A stretch of 64,000 bases of DNA from a virus (Duplodnaviria; Caudoviricetes): IMG/VR virus record IMGVR_UViG_3300021255_002694. The stretch is one strand, 5' to 3'. How positions within the stretch are numbered: the stretch's first letter is position 1; each line of letters begins with the position of its first letter. Below the pieces are notes generated by a model. It worked only from the letters and a program-made list of their open reading frames with translations, did not search any database and was not told the origin of the DNA. Made by a program: the position numbers and the translations under genes. Shown piece after piece: positions 62,088 to 64,000 of the stretch.

Positions 62088-63368
62088 ATGAAGTATGTTA
62101 CAACTAAGGTCAGATTTGAAGAAATGGAAAAAGCACTTGCAAGAGTGTTTAAGAAGATGGATAAGATCGGTGCAACATACACATTTGAAAAACTCAATGA
62201 GTTTGTTCGTAATGTTCCGGTTTATAATGTAGATCACTATGAAAAGATCAAGTACGCTCGTCCGGCAGAGTTTGTCCGAGTTGAGTGTGTTGAATTTGAA
62301 CTTGACTTTGATACATACATTGTCGGTGATTACAGAGTTGGTGCAGTAGTCGAGAGAGTTGACGGCAATGAGAATCTTGTCTATGCTCTTGATGAAGCAG
62401 TCGATTTCAATGATTATGTTCACGCTGAACTCCGCTGTGATCACTGCAACAGAAAGCATACTCGCAATAAGACCATTGTTCTGATTGACAACAATACCGG
62501 AAATCAGGTAATGGTCGGTAAGGGTTGCCTGAACGAGTTTGTAGGTATCGGTGTTGAAAACTTTGCAAAGTACATTGAGGATGTTCAGGAATACATCAAT
62601 GAACTCGAAGATAGTCCTGTTCTCTATGGTGGTTGGACATATCATCCTTGCATCGAGCCGAAAACATATCTTGCGGCTTGCATCGAGATCATTGCAGATC
62701 GTGGATATTATAAAGAGTTGAAGTATGATGCTATTGACTGGATGAAGAAGAATACTCCGGCAGAGAAAAATCTTGCAGAAGCAGAAACAGTAATCAAGTA
62801 TTTTAAGAACCTTGATCCAACAGATGATTTTGACAACAATGCAAAAATCTATCTGACAGAGAAGAAAGCAACAACCAAAGCAAACGGATATATCGCATAC
62901 GCATACATCCGCTACTGCAAACTGGTTGAAAGAGAAATCGAGATTGCTAAGAGAGCAGAGGACAGAAAGAAGTCTCAGCATGTTGGCAATGTCGGTGATA
63001 AGATTACTGTTACTGGAAAGCCGTCTGTTGTAACATCTTGGCAGACTCAGTGGGGATATACCACGATCTATAAGATTGTTGATACTAATGGTAATGTCTA
63101 TATCTGGAAAACAAGCAATGATCTGGAAGCCTATGAGGAAGATGGTACTTGGGTTCCGGCTAATGACATGGAAGAAGTTACCGTTAAGGCAACAATTAAG
63201 GAACACAATGAGTACAATGGTGAGAAGCAGACTGTCATTACTCGTTGCAAGGTTATCGGATTTAAGAAGGTTGAGCCTGAAAAGACTGAAACCGCTGAGA
63301 ACAATGTAGAAGATGTTACAGATTGTTTTGATTCCATTGCAGAACTTATGAATGTGTGGGATGCATAA
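62088..63368 (+). CDS. Phage protein with CDHC...VG..C Zn motif and probable C-terminal OB fold
   Basis: CDHCN..H.R, VGKGCL; S.HVG.VGD+...GN...WKTS...KATIKEH.EY.G.KQT..TR. Confidence 0.7.
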   Translation: MKYVTTKVRFEEMEKALARVFKKMDKIGATYTFEKLNEFVRNVPVYNVDHYEKIKYARPAEFVRVECVEFELDFDTYIVGDYRVGAVVERVDGNENLVYALDEAVDFNDYVHAELRCDHCNRKHTRNKTIVLIDNNTGNQVMVGKGCLNEFVGIGVENFAKYIEDVQEYINELEDSPVLYGGWTYHPCIEPKTYLAACIEIIADRGYYKELKYDAIDWMKKNTPAEKNLAEAETVIKYFKNLDPTDDFDNNAKIYLTEKKATTKANGYIAYAYIRYCKLVEREIEIAKRAEDRKKSQHVGNVGDKITVTGKPSVVTSWQTQWGYTTIYKIVDTNGNVYIWKTSNDLEAYEEDGTWVPANDMEEVTVKATIKEHNEYNGEKQTVITRCKVIGFKKVEPEKTETAENNVEDVTDCFDSIAELMNVWDA

Positions 63369-63388
63369 AAACATCCCACACAGAATAC

Positions 63389-63480
63389 TGGCGGATGACA
63401 TAATCAAAGCATTTTGTTCTTTTCCACTATAGGGGGTTATCCACAGTGTGTTCGGGGTTCGAGTCCATGTTCGCCCATCA
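63389..63480 (+). pseudogene. tRNA-like scaffold (degenerate tRNA) containing a CRISPR repeat
   Basis: TGGCGGA/TTCGCCC acceptor-like stem, GGTTCGAGTCC T-loop, 3' ATCA; no canonical D or anticodon arm. Confidence 0.5.
63419..63442 (+). CRISPR. Solitary repeat of the same family as arrays 1 and 2
   Basis: CTTTTCCACTATAGGGGGTTATCC; compare array 2 R6 CTTTTCCCCATACATAGGGGGTTATCC. Confidence 0.75.
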
Positions 63481-63687
63481 GATCAAACATCACGGCTGTT
63501 GATATTAGGGTTGAAATAATGATAAGGTGGCTACGGTTTGTGGATAGGTAGTTGAAAGAACTCCCAAACCGCCCGATGTGTGATTAAATCGTTAGAGTTG
63601 CACATCTTAAATAGTCTTAACTCAAATCGAATCGCCTAATGTGATGCCTAGAAAATAAAACAGGGAATATCTAGGTTTATTTGATCT
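63480..63687 (+). ncRNA. Candidate ~208-nt structured non-coding RNA
   Basis: Six mutually compatible helices closed by AGATCAAA/TTTGATCT; no ORF of 60 aa or more. Confidence 0.5.
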
Positions 63688-63711
63688 AAACTTATATTGG
63701 AGGTAATAAAA

Positions 63712-64000
63712 ATGAAAGTTGTAACTAAAAAGATGTTTGATCGTTGGATCACCGATCTCTATGAATCCTGGTTAAACAGGGATATGAAAATCTATAAGAA
63801 CCTTGAATATCATACGGTTGACGCTAACACTGTATACATCATCAACAAGAAAACTGGAAAAACTGCTTATGCTCATGCACATCCTAATGATGTACCGTCC
63901 GTTACTGCTGGAATTGCCGTTGCGTGGGCAAGATACCGCAATATGGAAATCCCAAAGATCGGCAGACTTGTAACAGATGAATCTGATATCTTTGACTTGA
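63712..64000 (+). CDS. Partial hypothetical protein running off the window; paralog of 7344..7640
   Basis: GGAGG SD, ATG 63712, open to window end; HPND....GIAVAWARY. Confidence 0.65.
   Translation, partial: MKVVTKKMFDRWITDLYESWLNRDMKIYKNLEYHTVDANTVYIINKKTGKTAYAHAHPNDVPSVTAGIAVAWARYRNMEIPKIGRLVTDESDIFDL

Noticed and set aside
62001-63407. 468-aa minus-strand ORF, and the many shorter minus-strand ORFs
   Set aside because: Antisense shadows of + strand genes with atypical composition and no SD or promoter support.
63389-63480. Functional tRNA gene
   Set aside because: No canonical D arm or anticodon stem, a mismatch in the T stem, and TCA instead of CCA; kept only as tRNA-like.
63480-63687. 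Group I intron, raiA motif or theta ribozyme assignment
   Set aside because: Diagnostic core sequences could not be identified by eye.
1-64000. Alternative genetic code, as in some gut jumbo phages
   Set aside because: Long recognisable genes are uninterrupted under the standard code, and TAA, TGA and occasional TAG all end genes.

Overview
AT-rich, gene-dense window with essentially all real genes on the + strand and standard-code stops. It is most consistent with the accessory region of a large (jumbo-type) phage of an anaerobic Firmicutes host; no structural, integrase or housekeeping genes are seen, so the phage assignment is an inference. Most of the window is cassettes of small hypothetical genes behind a recurring sigmaA-type promoter (TTGACA-N17-TATACT, 14 copies plus 2 variants), often with an upstream ACAAA-N14-TTTGT site. 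The centre (17.6-32.3 kb) is a defence/conflict island. It holds an intein-interrupted EcoRI-family adenine methyltransferase, a DUF262-HNH nuclease, and a type I-E CRISPR-Cas locus (cas8e, cas11, cas7, array 1, cas5, cas6e, a Cas2-Cas3 fusion, array 2; no cas1 in the window). Most repeats are individually divergent while spacers stay at about 33 nt, and one spacer matches a homolog of the element's own DUF262-HNH gene. Directly downstream, two tandem pseudoknotted RNA units precede a TROVE-like/TerD protein. Other recognisable genes are nrdD with candidate NrdR boxes, a Thg1-like protein, a BCS1-like AAA ATPase and a P-loop kinase. Further unexplained signals: about 18 otherwise unrelated, often acidic proteins share an N-terminal hydrophobic-x-E leader (candidate capsid-targeting/prohead-protease signal), many behind an ACTATA-plus-hairpin element; and a solitary CRISPR repeat sits inside a tRNA-like scaffold at 63.4 kb, followed by a ~208-nt structured RNA candidate. 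All calls come from reading motifs by eye; no database searches were run.
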